Notes: generated from the sequence alone by a model not told the origin. Shown: positions 51,736-64,000, counted from the first letter of the stretch. The stretch: 64,000 bases of DNA from Lama glama (GCA_028534125.1 CM052816.1:42534001-42598000); one strand, 5' to 3'. Made by a program: numbers and translations.

Positions 51736-52241
51736 ATGATGGATTAAAGATGGCTGCAAATTCGTTGACACTTCCCATCAAGAGATGGAGTCTATTTCTC
51801 CTCCTTTTGAATCTGGGCTAACCCCTTACTGCTTTGACCAACTGAATACAGTAGAAGTATCATTATGCCAGTTCCAAGTTCTTAAGGAGAACCTTGCCTC
51901 TTGGAGCCTGAGCTTTCACATAAGAAGTTCAGCTACCTTGCTGGAGAGTCTACGTAGAAAGTCCACAAGGAGGGAGAGATGAGCCCCGCTGAGCCCAGCC
52001 TCCCAGCCATCCCTACCAAAGCAGCGGACAAATGGGTGAAGCTGTTTTGAACCCTCCAGGTCAGATCAGCCACCATCTGAATGTCCCAAAGGACCCCCGT
52101 TGACTCCATATGGAGCAGAAGAATGTGTCATCTAAGCCCTTCCTATATTCCTGACTCACAAAATCATGAGAGATATTAAAATGGTTGTTTTAGCCACTAA
52201 GCTTTGGGGCAGTTTGTTATGAAACAGTAGATAACTAGAAA
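51736..52241 (+). mobile_element. MLT1-family (MaLR) solo LTR, inserted into an L2 3' end
   Basis: AAAGATGGCTGCAAATTC...GATGGAGTCTATTTCTCCTCCTTTTGAATCTGGGC ... GTTGTTTTAGCCACTAAG...GTTTGTTATGAAACAGTAGATAAC. L2-like sequence on both sides (~51640-51730 and ~52265-52300). Confidence 0.8.
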
Positions 52242-52379
52242 AATAGAGACACAGAACTAGAACATCTCAATAAACATTTGCCATTGGATGGACCAATGGA
52301 TGACCCAGAAGGGCCATTGTCTTTCCCAGAGGAATGATGCTCAGACATAAAGCAACTTGCCAGAGCTACTATGGTAGAC

Positions 52380-52870
52380 ACATGTCATCTCTCTCCTCCC
52401 CCAGCAGCTGAACCTCCTTCTCCTTTTGGAGAATTTCTGACCTCATAAAATAGATCCATCTCACATTACAGAGGCTGAAATGCCAAGTGCCCCCTTCCTC
52501 AGTCTTCCTCAAAGCTAAAGTGCAGGCACGTGGTACAGGATCCTCCTATCAGACACTCCGCCCCTGACTGTGAATCAGAAGCTGGAGGAGCAAAGAAGCA
52601 GGCTCCATCCCAAGCAGGTGGGGAGGCGGCAGCAGGAATCTCAACACCATGGAACCTCTGGGGGCCCCACGGCCACAGCTCCAGCAGCAGGGCCCATGTC
52701 CAGGCTCAGTGGTGTCAGTGGGGTGAACCGTGGTCCCCGTGCCCAGTCACAGCAGTATCTTCACTGTTTCAGTCTGCAAGCCTGTTCTCTTTCCCATGTG
52801 GTGAGCTACCCTTTTTTTTTTTTTTTTTGATAAACCCGTTTTCTGCTTATAGACAGGAGCCCTGACTGCT
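52380..52870 (+). mobile_element. ERVL-type LTR (LTR33/LTR16-like)
   Basis: TTACAGAGGCTGAAATGCC...TTCCTCAGTCTTCCT ... ATAAACCCGTTTTCTGCTTA...CCCTGACTG. Confidence 0.45.
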
Positions 52871-54429
52871 GGTCACACACTCAGATTTCTCATTCTAGAC
52901 CCTACACTAGACGTGACAACAATTCAGATGGTGTCCTTAGAGAGCAGAGAGTTTGCAGGGGGAAAGCAGGAGGGCGGGAGAGCAGAGCTCAAAGCCCTCT
53001 CCCTACACTCTTCCCAAGACAGTCCCGCTTTAGTGTTTTTCATACTGTGATCCTTTTTAAATTTTCTCTCTATTCCTAAAATGTTAGTTTGAAAATGACC
53101 AGGGACACATATAAAATGATAATCCATATAATGAATTGTTTGGTGAAGAAAAATTAATCAAAAGGAATAGTCACTTTAATGTCACAATGAACCCTTAAAA
53201 CAGATGATCTTTGTTCCAGAGCAGATGCCTCCAGGCATTTCTCTCGGTGAAAGTTTGCTGTGATAGAAGAGGACGCGGGGGAGGGCGATCACAAAGGCTG
53301 CACAAAGGTGATACAGAACAGCAGGTCCAGAAAACAACGGGCCTTACTCTGCACACTTACTGAGAAGTACCCTCAATATCTCTTTGCTTGGAGGAACAGA
53401 GCCATCTCCTTGGTAACAAGGGCCCAACCTTGTGGGGTGCGCTGGGAGTTTATGGTGCAGGGTCAAGGCCGTATGCGTGTGGGCATGAGCGTGCACACAC
53501 TGAGCTCTGGAAACAGGCCTTGCAGACACTCATATACCAACAAACTACCTTTTAACCCTGTTTTCTTAAAACGTTCAGAGTTATAATTTTCAATATTCTG
53601 TAAGTTAGAATTAGAATGAGTAGTCATTCAAACCTCAGTGTCTGACCTTGATCTTGGACCTGAATTTATCAGCCTCCTTCCCACTGAAGAGGCTCAAAAC
53701 TTTCCCAGCCATCTTTCTAGATGCCAAACAAGGCATTCCTGAACATCAGACTGTTACTTACAAACTTGGGTCAGTAACATCCTATCAGCTGAAGTCTATG
53801 ACTCTTATCCATGTATACTTTCACAGAGAATAAAAATATTTCAGTGACGTGCTGTTCTTATATACACAAGATAGCATTGAGTGAATAAGATAATAATGGC
53901 TATCACGTATCAGTGTTTTACATATACTAATTTCTTTATGCCCGTCAACAAATAAAGACCACCAGAACTACTAATTAAATAATAAGTGAAGAGATGGGTG
54001 GATAACAGAAGAATGAATGGATAGACACATAGATAAAAATAAAAAGCTAAGTCTATTGACTTCCCAGACGAAGGAACACAAGCTAGTGAGTAAGTAGAAG
54101 TTCACTGAGAGGGAAAAAGAGTTTTTAAATGCTAGCCAGGAGGGGGTTCATGTGGTTATTGTTAATGAAAGGTCGAGATCCAGTACCCTAGAGAGGACAG
54201 AGTGAGTCCACATGTCTAAACACAGTTGGCTAAAGCAAACCTTATTGCTCACTGTTTAGGAGGGTCTTAAGTTAGGACCAGTAAAAGTCCGGTGTGCCAG
54301 GGTCTCTCCATTCATGGTCCTGTCTCAGCTTCAGCTGGTCAGAGCCAGCCGTGAGAAACACATCTTCAGCTGTGATCTCTCCTAGGAAAGTGCTGCTGTA
54401 GCAGAAAACTTTCCTCTACATTCCTCACC

Positions 54430-54580
54430 GCAGCCTCTTCAGGGAGTGCAAATATTATCATCCTCATTTTACAGAGCAGGAGACAAGGCACAGAGATGTT
54501 AAGTAACTTGCCCAAGGTCAAGGTAGAATTCAGACCTGGGGCGTCAGAGCCCACTCTCTTCACCTCTCTTCTCAGCTGCC
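54430..54580 (-). mobile_element. MIR SINE
   Basis: TATTATCATCCTCATTTTACAGAG...GTTAAGTAACTTGCCCAAGGTCA. Confidence 0.75.
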
Positions 54581-55299
54581 ACCAATTACTGAAGTATGTT
54601 GTTTAAAATTAAGTTATTTTAAGTAATTTGTTATTAAAATCATATTTATAAAATTTATTTTTCATTTCTATTAAATTAAGTGAACAAATATTAATTCAGA
54701 GTACCATGATTAGTACCATGACTAGTTAAACAGTAGGTTGAATTTAAGATCTGACTTTAACCTTTGCAAACTGCTTTGTAAATGTTGGACAGTTTATGAA
54801 GAAAATAAAACATACATCTGCCTTTTAAGTTTTACATTTTCTGTTGCCACGGGGACCCAGCCTGTCTCTCTACAACCATATACTTTATACCAAAATAATC
54901 CTGAAGGCTGAGTAGGATTCCCCTCTTTAAAGACTTCCGCATTCTCATAACCCCACCCACCCTACCCTACTCCATCACTTTAAAACTTCACACAAAGAAT
55001 ATTTCCTAATTGGAAATTAGGTGCACTGTTTGCCATCTAGCCCTTTCCTTGCATCTTCAGACCCTTTGAAGGCTGTCACCTTAACCCATTCAAAAGTGAA
55101 CTGTATCCTGTAGTTAGCGAGGAAGAGGGGTGCACTGCAGCAGCTGTGATCACTCATTATTTGGAGAGAATTAGTTTTTGGAAACAGACAATATATCTCA
55201 TATATCTGATGACTAAGAACGTCGACTGAGCTATGTAATGCAGTTTTTAGTTCCAAAGAAGTGTAATTCCAAAGTAATATGACTTTCACATCACCAGTA

Positions 55300-55920
55300 A
55301 AAACTGATATGAAGGCAATTCCAAACGAGGAGACCCCAAATTACCTTGATCAATGATAGTAGAGTTGAAAACAATTCAACTGAATAAATTAGAAGGTCTA
55401 ATTGGTTTTTCAGGTGATTCATGAATTGGGCAGCATCCCATCTAGCAACTAGAAAGAACTCTCAAGGGGTGGTACAAAATGGAAGGTTTTTAGAGGGAAA
55501 AGGGTGGAGCAAGGGAGCCATTAGCAAGAGAGAAGAAAGGATCATTTTTAGGCCAGGACATCTTTGGGTCACAGAAAGGAACAGCAAGGGTTTTATGCAG
55601 ATTGCCTCTTCTTCCTCTAGGGAATGGAGAAGGCCCGTGGTCACGTTATTGGTGCTGACCAGAAAATTCAAGACTGGTTAAGATTACACTTCTGGTGAAG
55701 ATCAAAACCATACTTGGGTTAGGTATTAAATCTAGATTTGGTATCATGGGCTTTAGCCCAAGTGACACCATTTTGGGCCTGTGGTTTTTCTCTTTAACAG
55801 TATCGTTGGAATAAAAGTACTACTTCCCAAGATGATGACTTAATGATAATTATCAGATGTGTATGTTTTAGTATGTTCATTTTAAAACTTAGTATGATGC
55901 AGCATTAGTTACACCTCATA
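55300..55920 (+). mobile_element. Mariner (MARNA-like) 3' fragment interrupted by an LTR
   Basis: AAGGCAATTCCAAACGAGGAG... resumes at 55800 as GTATCGTTGGAATAA...TCCCAAGATGA and ends TTAGTTACACCTCATA. Relic of mariner C-terminal KAIP.EE...RWNK. Confidence 0.55.
55363..55799 (-). mobile_element. ERV1-type solo LTR
   Basis: GATTCATGAATTGGGCAGCATCCCATCTAGCA ... TCTCTTTAACA terminus. Imperfect TSD GTAG/GTAT. Confidence 0.6.
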
Positions 55921-55983
55921 TGTACACTAAATTCAAGCATGCAGATAACTGTGTGGCTTCCTTTATTGCCAACTGTAAGGGTT

Positions 55984-56392
55984 TGTTAATAAAAATTTAA
56001 TCAATAGTCAATCTAAGAAAGAAATAGAAAATTTTGTTTGAGCCAACTGGAGGATTATAATCCAAGAGACAGTCTTTCAGAAAGCTCTGAGGACTGTTTC
56101 ACCTGTTAGAGGTCTAAGCCCAATTATATAAGTTTTTGAGACAAAGGGGTATACATGAAATGAAATACTGACAGTTGATACCATCCAGATCTGAAATTAC
56201 AACATGAGTAGTGGGGTCATGGGTAACTGTGACCCCTTACAAGATTAAGAAGGAAAGTTATCTCCTAAGGAGGTCTGGTTAATTCAGACGCACAATGCAC
56301 ACTAAAGGAGAGGGAGGAGACCCAAATGGGCAAAGAAATTTTATGTTTAAATTTTTCTTGTTGTGCCATAAAATAAGAATTTTATTTCATCA
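55984..56392 (-). mobile_element. 3' LTR of a minus-strand class I ERV
   Basis: TG...CA termini. Immediately followed on + by ATTTCTTCCTTTT, i.e. polypurine tract AAAAGGAAGAAAT|TG on the minus strand. Confidence 0.75.
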
Positions 56393-56699
56393 ATTTCTTC
56401 CTTTTGATTATTAATCTTTCAATAGAAAGCATTAGGTGATCAAATATTTGGTCCCTGGATGCTAGAGTGGTTATTTACCTGCCGTAGGTCCATCACGTCC
56501 CTTGCTATCAGGTCTTAATAGCCCAGTTCTTTCTTTCCTTTTAGGGGATTACTAGTAGGATGTCAGGCAAGGACTCATGGTCAGTTCCAAGTCGTCCAAT
56601 AGGAAGGACTTAAGCCAGTTTTGCCTTGCATGTGCATTGTGCATGTTCACTAATTTATAGAGAACTACAGATGTGATCAGTAGCTTCAAGGTGTTTAGA

Positions 56700-57669
56700 T
56701 ATCATCATCTTAATAGAAGTAGGTGACACACAGCACAAAAGGCAAGAAACTATCACTTTCTAAGTCACACAAACTGTAATCAAAATTTCCAATAGAACTA
56801 ACAATGTCATTAGTAAAGGTTTAAGACAACATTCCCCTAAACCAAATTATTTTCCTAGTATTTCCCCTAAACAAGGGAGAGGATCATTCAGAGTGGAAAT
56901 TTGATTCTTCATGTGTCATAAGGCGAGTTACATCAGAAGACACATCAGGTATAAAAACCCAACATTCATCATGTATTATACTACAAGTTCCCCTTAGGAA
57001 GCAAATAGAATATCAAGAGTCATGCGATTCTACAGGACTGATTTTCTCATCACGGAGTCTTCCAACTGGAACAAGCTAATGGCTTGATTCTTATCATTCA
57101 AAGCTTGCTGAGTAAATTTTGTTAAAGTTTCTTTAATGAACAATATCTTCTATTCCAAGTGAAGGGATAAATACCTTGGCCAAATGGTCATACCATTAGA
57201 AAACTGGTCAACATCCAGAATGCTAGAATTAAAAGCAGATTGGCAGAGGCTGTTTCCAAGGCTAACTATAGGTGACCTTGAGCCCGAAGGAAACCAGCTG
57301 TGCATCTCCCTAACCAACCTGGGGACAGCCAAGGCCATAAACTTGTTATTTATGGCCAGGTTCAGAACAGGTATCATTAATTGGCCAGGCAAGAAGGTCC
57401 CACTTAGTGATACTGGTGGTAACATTAGCTTGCACGGTACTAGAGTTTCTTTATTCTAAAATAAAGGGACATCCGATTAAGCCTTGGAGAGGGGAAATCC
57501 ACCACAGTAACCTAGGAGTACTGGACATAGGTAATTGGCTACAATCCCAGCAACTGGATTGGTTTTTGAAACTTGCAAATGATTGAACCCAAGGAAGAAA
57601 TGCATTTGGTTCATAAGCAAAAGTGCGAGCAATTGTCAAAGTAATTAGTACACAGGCCTGGTCCAGCAT
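56700..57669 (-). pseudogene. Retroviral env remnant (disabled, heavily deleted)
   Basis: SU-like NQSSCWDCSQLPMSS...WWISPLQG. TM heptad + immunosuppressive domain ...VMRKSVL*NRMTLDILFAS*G, then after a frameshift GTCSIIHDECWVFIPD (CX6CC with the last C changed to W). Confidence 0.8.
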
Positions 57670-57789
57670 CAGGAGTCAATTGTCTACTTCAGATTTCATC
57701 TTCTCATCCTGGCCAGGTAGTGATAGTCTAGTTAGTCGAAGTTCGGTGTCAGAAATAGGCATTGCAGTTCATTCAGGAGAGGAGATGTG

Positions 57790-57873
57790 ATATGGTCCCT
57801 TGCAACATGGCTGGAAAGAGTCCTTTATTTGACGACTTTTCCAGGATGCATAATCTCCCGGTTTCAGATCATG
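57790..57873 (-). pseudogene. Retroviral integrase C-terminal remnant
   Basis: Translates HDLKPGDYASWKSRQIKDSFQPCCKGPY, matching the gammaretroviral PGD.V...L.P.WKGPY pattern. Confidence 0.7.
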
Positions 57874-60800
57874 GTGCATCTGATCTTAATCCAAAGACAT
57901 ATTACTGCGCTAAACTTCAGAAACAAATTTTGTAATAATGTAACAGAGCCACAAGGAGCCATCTGAGAAGTGAGTCTTTGGCAGTAAACACACACAAAAC
58001 AAACTTTAAAAACAGTAATACTAGAACTTAATGTCCACTGAAATACAATTTTTTCCTCTCTAGAATCACTTTAATTTCTACCAAATATAGACAAATTAAG
58101 ATTAATTTATTTGCAAAATAAGTCTGGTTTCAATAAACTTAGCCCAATCTTTTACATAAGTGTAATTGATCATACAGGCTCTTTTAAGTTGGCTGTGCTG
58201 GAACTTTTTACAAGGAATCTCAAATTAAACTTTTAAAAGGTCTCTCAAGGCCAGGAAAGCTGTGCTAAGGGCTTGCCATCAGATTCTGCTTGCAATATTT
58301 ACAGATCTGGGTGGATGCCTCTCTTCTAGAGGTCCCCAAAATATTGAGATTCCTCCCAGGAGGCAGCCTTTCCTATTCACCAGATAAGGCTGCTAGGAAC
58401 CTAAGTGTTTCCAGTTTCTGGAGGGATCAGATAGAAAGAAAAGATAAACGTTTCAACCCTACTTACCAAGATATAATTTACTAAATTGCTGTAACTCACA
58501 ATTAGCTTGAGGAGAAGGGTTTCCTTATATCTGGAAAACACAGATTAAAATCAGTAATATTTCAGATAAAAACCAAAAATTATACCATATTCATCAATTC
58601 ACTCAGTCCTATGTGACTAACCCTTGATCTTAATCTTCTGTTAACAATTTTATGAAGCTATCTGATTTTCCATTAGAATTCTTAAATTTCCTACCCAGTT
58701 CAGTGGTATAATCTGAGAGTCACCAGAAACCTCTACTTGTCAAAAAGTCATTTCTATGAATCTTCTTGAAGATGAAGCATTTTTTGCAAAAGCATCAGAG
58801 TAGAACAAGAACTGTCCATGAATGACAAAAGACTTAAAAGGGCACCGTTAAAGTTCTGAAACAATGCAATGGACAAAGAAACTTGGTTACTGCTATGATA
58901 TGCAATATTTAAAGACAATAGCTAGAATTATGACTGATAACATTTTACCAGGACACATTAGATTTTTAGGAGTTCCATATAATTTCTAGAATATCTATAT
59001 TAGTAACATTTACCCATACAATATAACCTAAGAAGGCTTATCACCACTCATTTAACAATGCTTCCCACATACTATAATATAGCAAATAAGCCTAATTAGT
59101 TTAATATTCCTCTCTCTGAGATGTTTCCAGGGCCCTCTCTGATTAGTTAGCTAGAGATCAAGAGAACTTCAGTTAGAATTTGGTATTTGGGAATTTTGTC
59201 AAAAATATCAAAAAGGCAAAAACTAAGAAGTAAGCAATTATGAACTGCTTGTCATACCAGCACTTCCTGGTTGGCAAACTTATGAAAATATTCTATAACC
59301 TAACTTCTTTCCTCAATGTCCAATGAACCCATACATCATAATTTTTCTCTAATAAGACAAAAGCAGGTAAGTTTAGACTTGTTTAGCAATTAATGTTCCA
59401 GTATCTTATTTGGAAATGATCTGGATATTCAATGAAATCCCATCATTTAACTTCATTTAGCAGTTTCAAGTAACCAAAATCTGGAGAAGCTATTTTAAGG
59501 AGACAGTCCTAAAACATAATTATTCCTGAAGAGTTCACCTAAAAGCTCTTACCTTATTTACATTTAATTTACCTAAAAGTTTCATCATATCAAGCTATTT
59601 TTCTTGCTGACGAATTTTTTAACAGGAATAATAAGATCTTATTTGATTTCTAGTAAACTTAGGTACAATAAAAGTATGACGCTAAATGTTGATGACTTTA
59701 AAGACACGTCTGCATTAATTAAACCAACAAACCAACTAATCTGAACTTATTTTCATTTCTTAAAATTAATCCTAGATCATGTGATCCTGCAATACATTTG
59801 GGTTAGTTTCTTTTATATTTCTAAGTATTTATATACATGTTTAATTTCGTTTAGGCCAATTAAATACAATTTTTTTAACAAATTAATTTTGGCAATACTA
59901 CACATCTACAACACACATATATAGATACATATAAACACACAGACACAGAGTTCTCACAGTTCTCATTCCAAAATTTCAGCCATGAATCAAGTACAACAAT
60001 ACAAAACCATCAGTTCAAACTGGATTTCTGGCAGATAGAACAAATCAAGGTTACCGGTTTAGATGGCTAAACCCTTTTTTTTTTACTAATATTTATAGAG
60101 AAGACACTTAAGATTTGTATTTGTCCTTGACAAGTCAAGTTCCAAATTACCTATCCTCATTTTGTTTTTTCTTTCCACAAGAGTTACCTTCCTGAAATTT
60201 ACATTCTAAAATTGGCCTACAGAAGAGTTCCTGCAGAAGACCAGGTGGAACATTTGCATCTCAAAGGCATAGGAGAAGAAATGTAAGTTCCTCCTAGGAG
60301 GACTTTGCTTCCTTAGGCAGAATTTTTGTCTCAAAACTTAAAAGCAGTTTCAGATAAATGGAGGAGGTTTGGGGCTTTGGATTATTTCTGGAGTCATAAC
60401 TCTGGTCCTGTTAAGACTGAATCTGTAAAACAAGGACAGCTTTCAATTCCTCAAAGAATTGGGTGACCACCTTAATGATAGCAAAGGACTGACATATCCA
60501 TTCACCTATGTTGGAATTTTTTCTTTCCCTCATTTAGCTTAGGAAAGAAGGCAAAAAAGAAATCTTATCAGGCTCTGAATATCAGCTGTTTAGGAGTTTA
60601 GTTAGGCTGGTGGCCTCTCATCTTGGTAACTCATTTACAAAAATTTTTGCAGATCCTCCCCTGCCCCCCGGGGTTTAAGAAATTCTTTGATTATGGTCCT
60701 CAGTTTGGCCTTTGATGTGAAGAGTTTCACCTATAGCCTCAGGTGGTCCCATTTCTAAAGTAACCATTTAATCGTCTCTTCAGAGTGGACAGGCAATTCA

Positions 60801-61820
60801 GACAGAGGAGTAGTAGACTGAGTAAGCAAAGGAGGACAGAGGCAGCTGTAGTCACATCAGTCTTAAACTTGTTTTGTTTTGTTTCAGATACCTTTTATAT
60901 CATTAATCTTTCATTAGCCTTCTACAACAAATCTTTCAATGAGGCTATTTTGGAATTTTGAAGCCTTTGGGGGCTTCTGCATACCAATTAAAATAGGTAT
61001 AGTATTTTTAGATGAGCGCTCTCTAAAATTTTAACAATTTAGAAGGTTTTCCAATTCAAGATCCAAGGAGTTAGCCCGACAAATATTTTCTCTGACTAAT
61101 CTAATTTTAGAAAAGAGAAAAATCCTTACCACTCTTGTTTCCAGTAGACGCTGCAGGCAGGGATCCAGGAGACTGACATGGTAAGAAACTGCCTTCTGCC
61201 AGCTTTCTCTAACTGTGCAGGAAACAGTCCATTTTGGAGTGCCAAGAGAACCCCATCTTGGCCATTTCAGGGCAGGATTTCCTTTAATTCCCAATTAAGT
61301 ACTTGCAAACATACCTAAGCCTGGGTGGTGTGCAAACAGGTGGCTGTCTATCTGGGAGCTGTTTGGCCTTTGAGGCACAACTTTCCATTATCAGTTTGGT
61401 AGTCTAATTCAGATATGAGATATGATCTGAGCAGATTTCTGAGGACAGTGTGGAGGAGCGGATGTGTGCTCCTTTTGAGTCTAGCTCCCCGAGGAGTTAC
61501 CCTTAGGTTAGTTAGACTCTTTGACATGTCTCCGTTTCTCCCTCTGACAGTCTAAGAACACTGTGGGTGCTCAGAACACTGAAAGATCAGTCCTGATATC
61601 ATGCATCCCCAGAAGAGCAGTATTTATTTAATGGTTTTAGTGGGGTTCCCCTATAGGACCACTACACATCATGAGGACTGAGCCTCAGTCACTACTGCTA
61701 GGTTCTAAGTCACCTGAGAACAACTTGTGGCCAGAAGGAGCAAATGTCCCTTGTTCCTCAGAACTGAATAATTCAATCTTATTTTACTGGCAAAAGTTTT
61801 GTTTAGACCAAATTTATAAA

Positions 61821-61876
61821 TCTCTCTCTCTATATATATATAGAGAGATATAGATATCTATATATATATATATCTC
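61821..61876. repeat. (TC)/(TA)/(GA) low-complexity palindromic repeat
   Basis: Read directly; includes a perfect 24-bp palindrome at 61825-61848. Confidence 0.9.
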
Positions 61877-62294
61877 CTCACGTGTTTCTCAGATAAGTCC
61901 TAGCATTCTATTGATACTGTTCTACACCCTAACTCTTTTAATATTTCTTAGCCACTTGTACATATAAACCTATTTCTCTTTAATGGTTACATGGCACATT
62001 ATTTCTAGATACACATTTTTTTTTTAAATAAAAACTTAAATGGGATGGAAAACTTCTTAGAGATGTTTCCCAACCTCATTTATAGCACCCTATAATAATA
62101 ACTAGCATTCATTATGACACAGACATGTTTTTGGAATCACTAAAAAAAGATTAAATTTTATGATCAGTATAATTTTGCTTTAAAGCATATTTTCAATGAA
62201 ATTGTTTTTGGAGATCAAAATCCCTGAATGTTATTTATCATACTATCCACCCAAGATTTCTTACATTCATTCATGACATGCACTATTCTTTGCT

Positions 62295-62311
62295 GCCACT
62301 GGGTGGTGCTC
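62295..62311 (+). promoter_or_regulatory. Candidate CTCF motif
   Basis: GCCACTGGGTGGTGCTC, two mismatches to the core. TGCAC at 62279 resembles the upstream module. Confidence 0.45.
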
Positions 62312-62586
62312 CAACCACAGTGTCTCCACCTGAGCCTCAGGAACCTGTTCCATACATGGTCCTAGGTTCGGCCCCACACTGGACAAGGTCAGTGTTGAAT
62401 GAAATCACACTGTGTGAAGTATGTTTCTAAGCCAAATAAAGTTTACACAGAACCCCAGAGAGGATGACAACTGTAAAACACTCTATTCAGGAAAGCAGTG
62501 GTAAGGAAATAACTAAGGCAGGTGGGGTACTAGTAATGGACCCAGTCTTTCCTCCTGGAAATGGCCTCAACAGTGAGTTAATCCCC

Positions 62587-62727
62587 AGGGGGGAAGGTAT
62601 AGCTCAGTAGTAGAGTGTCCGTAGCCTGCACAATCCCCAGTACCTCTATTAAAATAAATAAATAAATAAATAACCTAATTACCTACCTCCCCCATGCAAA
62701 AAAAAAAAAATTTTTTTTTAATTAAAA
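62587..62727 (+). mobile_element. tRNA-derived camelid-type SINE with internal deletion
   Basis: GGGGGAAGGTATAGCTCAGTAGTAGAGTG...AATCCCCAGTACCTC...AACCTAATTACC + A tail. TSD AACAGTGAGTTAATCCCC (62569) / AATAGTAACTTAATCCCC (62728). Confidence 0.85.
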
Positions 62728-63412
62728 AATAGTAACTTAATCCCCCATTGCAGAGGCTGGCCCAGAGATGCTGAAAGGTGAGGCCACAACCCAGCTCACA
62801 CAGGTATCTTCCAGGACCTACCACCACCACAGCCTAGCCAACATGTGCACTACAGGGAGAAGGTCTAGCGGGAGGGCCGATGTGGAGGCCTGAGGTCTGG
62901 GCTGGCCCTGCTCTGCCCTGGTTTTTGCCCTGTGATGAGGCCAGATTTCCCCAATCTATGAACAACACTTCTCTCCCCATTTCCTGAAGTTCTTTCAGTT
63001 ACATTCACCTTCCCAAGTAAGTTTTAAGCCACTTTCCAAAAGAAAGACATGGACATATCAGCTTCAAATCTCCATATCTAGGTCCATTTAAAAACAGGTC
63101 AGGGTGTGTGATACACTCACAGATGCTACAGTGCCGCAGAAAAACATGCAAAACGTGTAGGCCAGGGTACTAGAAAGGTTTCATGACAGAGGTGGCACTT
63201 AGAATGAGAGAGCTGTAATATTTGAAGGGAGAAAGGGTCTTGGAAAACATCTGGGCATTTCAAATCATTCCTCAGTGTCCTTGGGGTTCAGAGAGACACC
63301 GTGGGAGCCACCCTGGAGGTTAAGGAAGGAGGAGTTCTGGCCCACTGCTCCCATTTCAGCCCAGACCGCTCCAGTCTGGTGGGGCCCTGCACAAGCTGTG
63401 TTTGAACTACCT

Positions 63413-63580
63413 TTTTCTACTCTTTCTTTCTTTTCTTTTCTTTTCTTTTCTTTTTTTTTGTCTTTCTTTCTGTTTGTTTTGTTTTGTTTAAGTTGAAACC
63501 ACTGACCTAGTCCAAACTGTTTGTTTTACAGATGAGAACACAGAGGCACAATGGGGACTCTCCCAGAGTCACACACGGTA
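63413..63580 (-). repeat. T-rich low-complexity tract followed by a MIR fragment
   Basis: (TTTTC)/(TTTTG) runs, then TTTTACAGATGAGAACACAGAGGCAC. Confidence 0.6.
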
Positions 63581-64000
63581 GGGAACATTTTGGATATGTT
63601 GAAGAAGGGAGAACAGGGTGTCCCCATGGGACCAAGAAAGAACCACAGCTCATCTGAGCCACAGGTTAGAGAAGCATGTTTGTCAAACCACGTGAAACTG
63701 AAAGCAGTTTGTATCTTCTCTTACCAGAGATACAGACAGGGAGCCTCAGAGGCAACACATATTTAATACCTACAAAACCCCAAACCATACTCATAGAACT
63801 TGAAAGTAACTGAATCCTTATTTTCATCATCCAGGTAATTGTATTTTCTTTTTCCATCTGTTCACTTACTGTCTTAAAGCTATTTGTTACTCTTTGTCAA
63901 AATGCATGAAGAAGGCAGAACTCCCGCCAGGGGTCAATCACTGGCTCTGAACCCAGGCTCGACAAAGGACACACTGGTAGATGTTTGACAAAAAATCCTA

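Larger units (their letters stand above)
56393..61810 (-). mobile_element. Decayed class I (MER4/MER34-group-like) ERV internal region, 5' LTR not visible
   Basis: env SU and TM remnants, integrase GPY remnant, and a long AT-rich non-coding internal stretch. Confidence 0.75.

Noticed and set aside
57451..57669. env ORF as a co-opted (syncytin/HEMO-like) gene
   Set aside because: Only 72 aa; downstream TM has two stops, a frameshift and a broken CX6CC.
1..64000. CRISPR arrays, operons or other prokaryote-type systems
   Set aside because: Spliced mammalian locus; no regularly spaced repeats or gene-dense segment seen.

Overview
Mammalian genomic DNA, very probably a camelid, judged from two tRNA-derived SINEs with GGTATAGCTCAGT(A/G)GTAGAG heads and a lineage-type L1 3' end. 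The left 26 kb holds the 3' two-thirds of ELL2 (RNA polymerase II elongation factor) on the + strand. Nine coding exons (equivalent to human exons 4-12) splice in frame with canonical GT-AG junctions. They total 1606 nt, end at TAG 22370-22372, and are followed by a ~3.7 kb 3' UTR with several poly(A) signals. The right 38 kb is intergenic: MIR, L2, L1, MaLR and DNA-transposon fossils, several enhancer-like motif clusters, a small CpG island with a near-perfect CTCF site (~47.9 kb), and a decayed, 5'-truncated class I ERV with recognisable env and integrase remnants (56-61.8 kb). I found no convincing new protein-coding gene, RNA gene or unprecedented system. The most interesting signals are regulatory (ELL2 3' UTR, CTCF layout, enhancers) and insertion history. 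Repeat family names and human comparisons come from recalled consensus sequences, not searches, and boundaries of old repeats are approximate.
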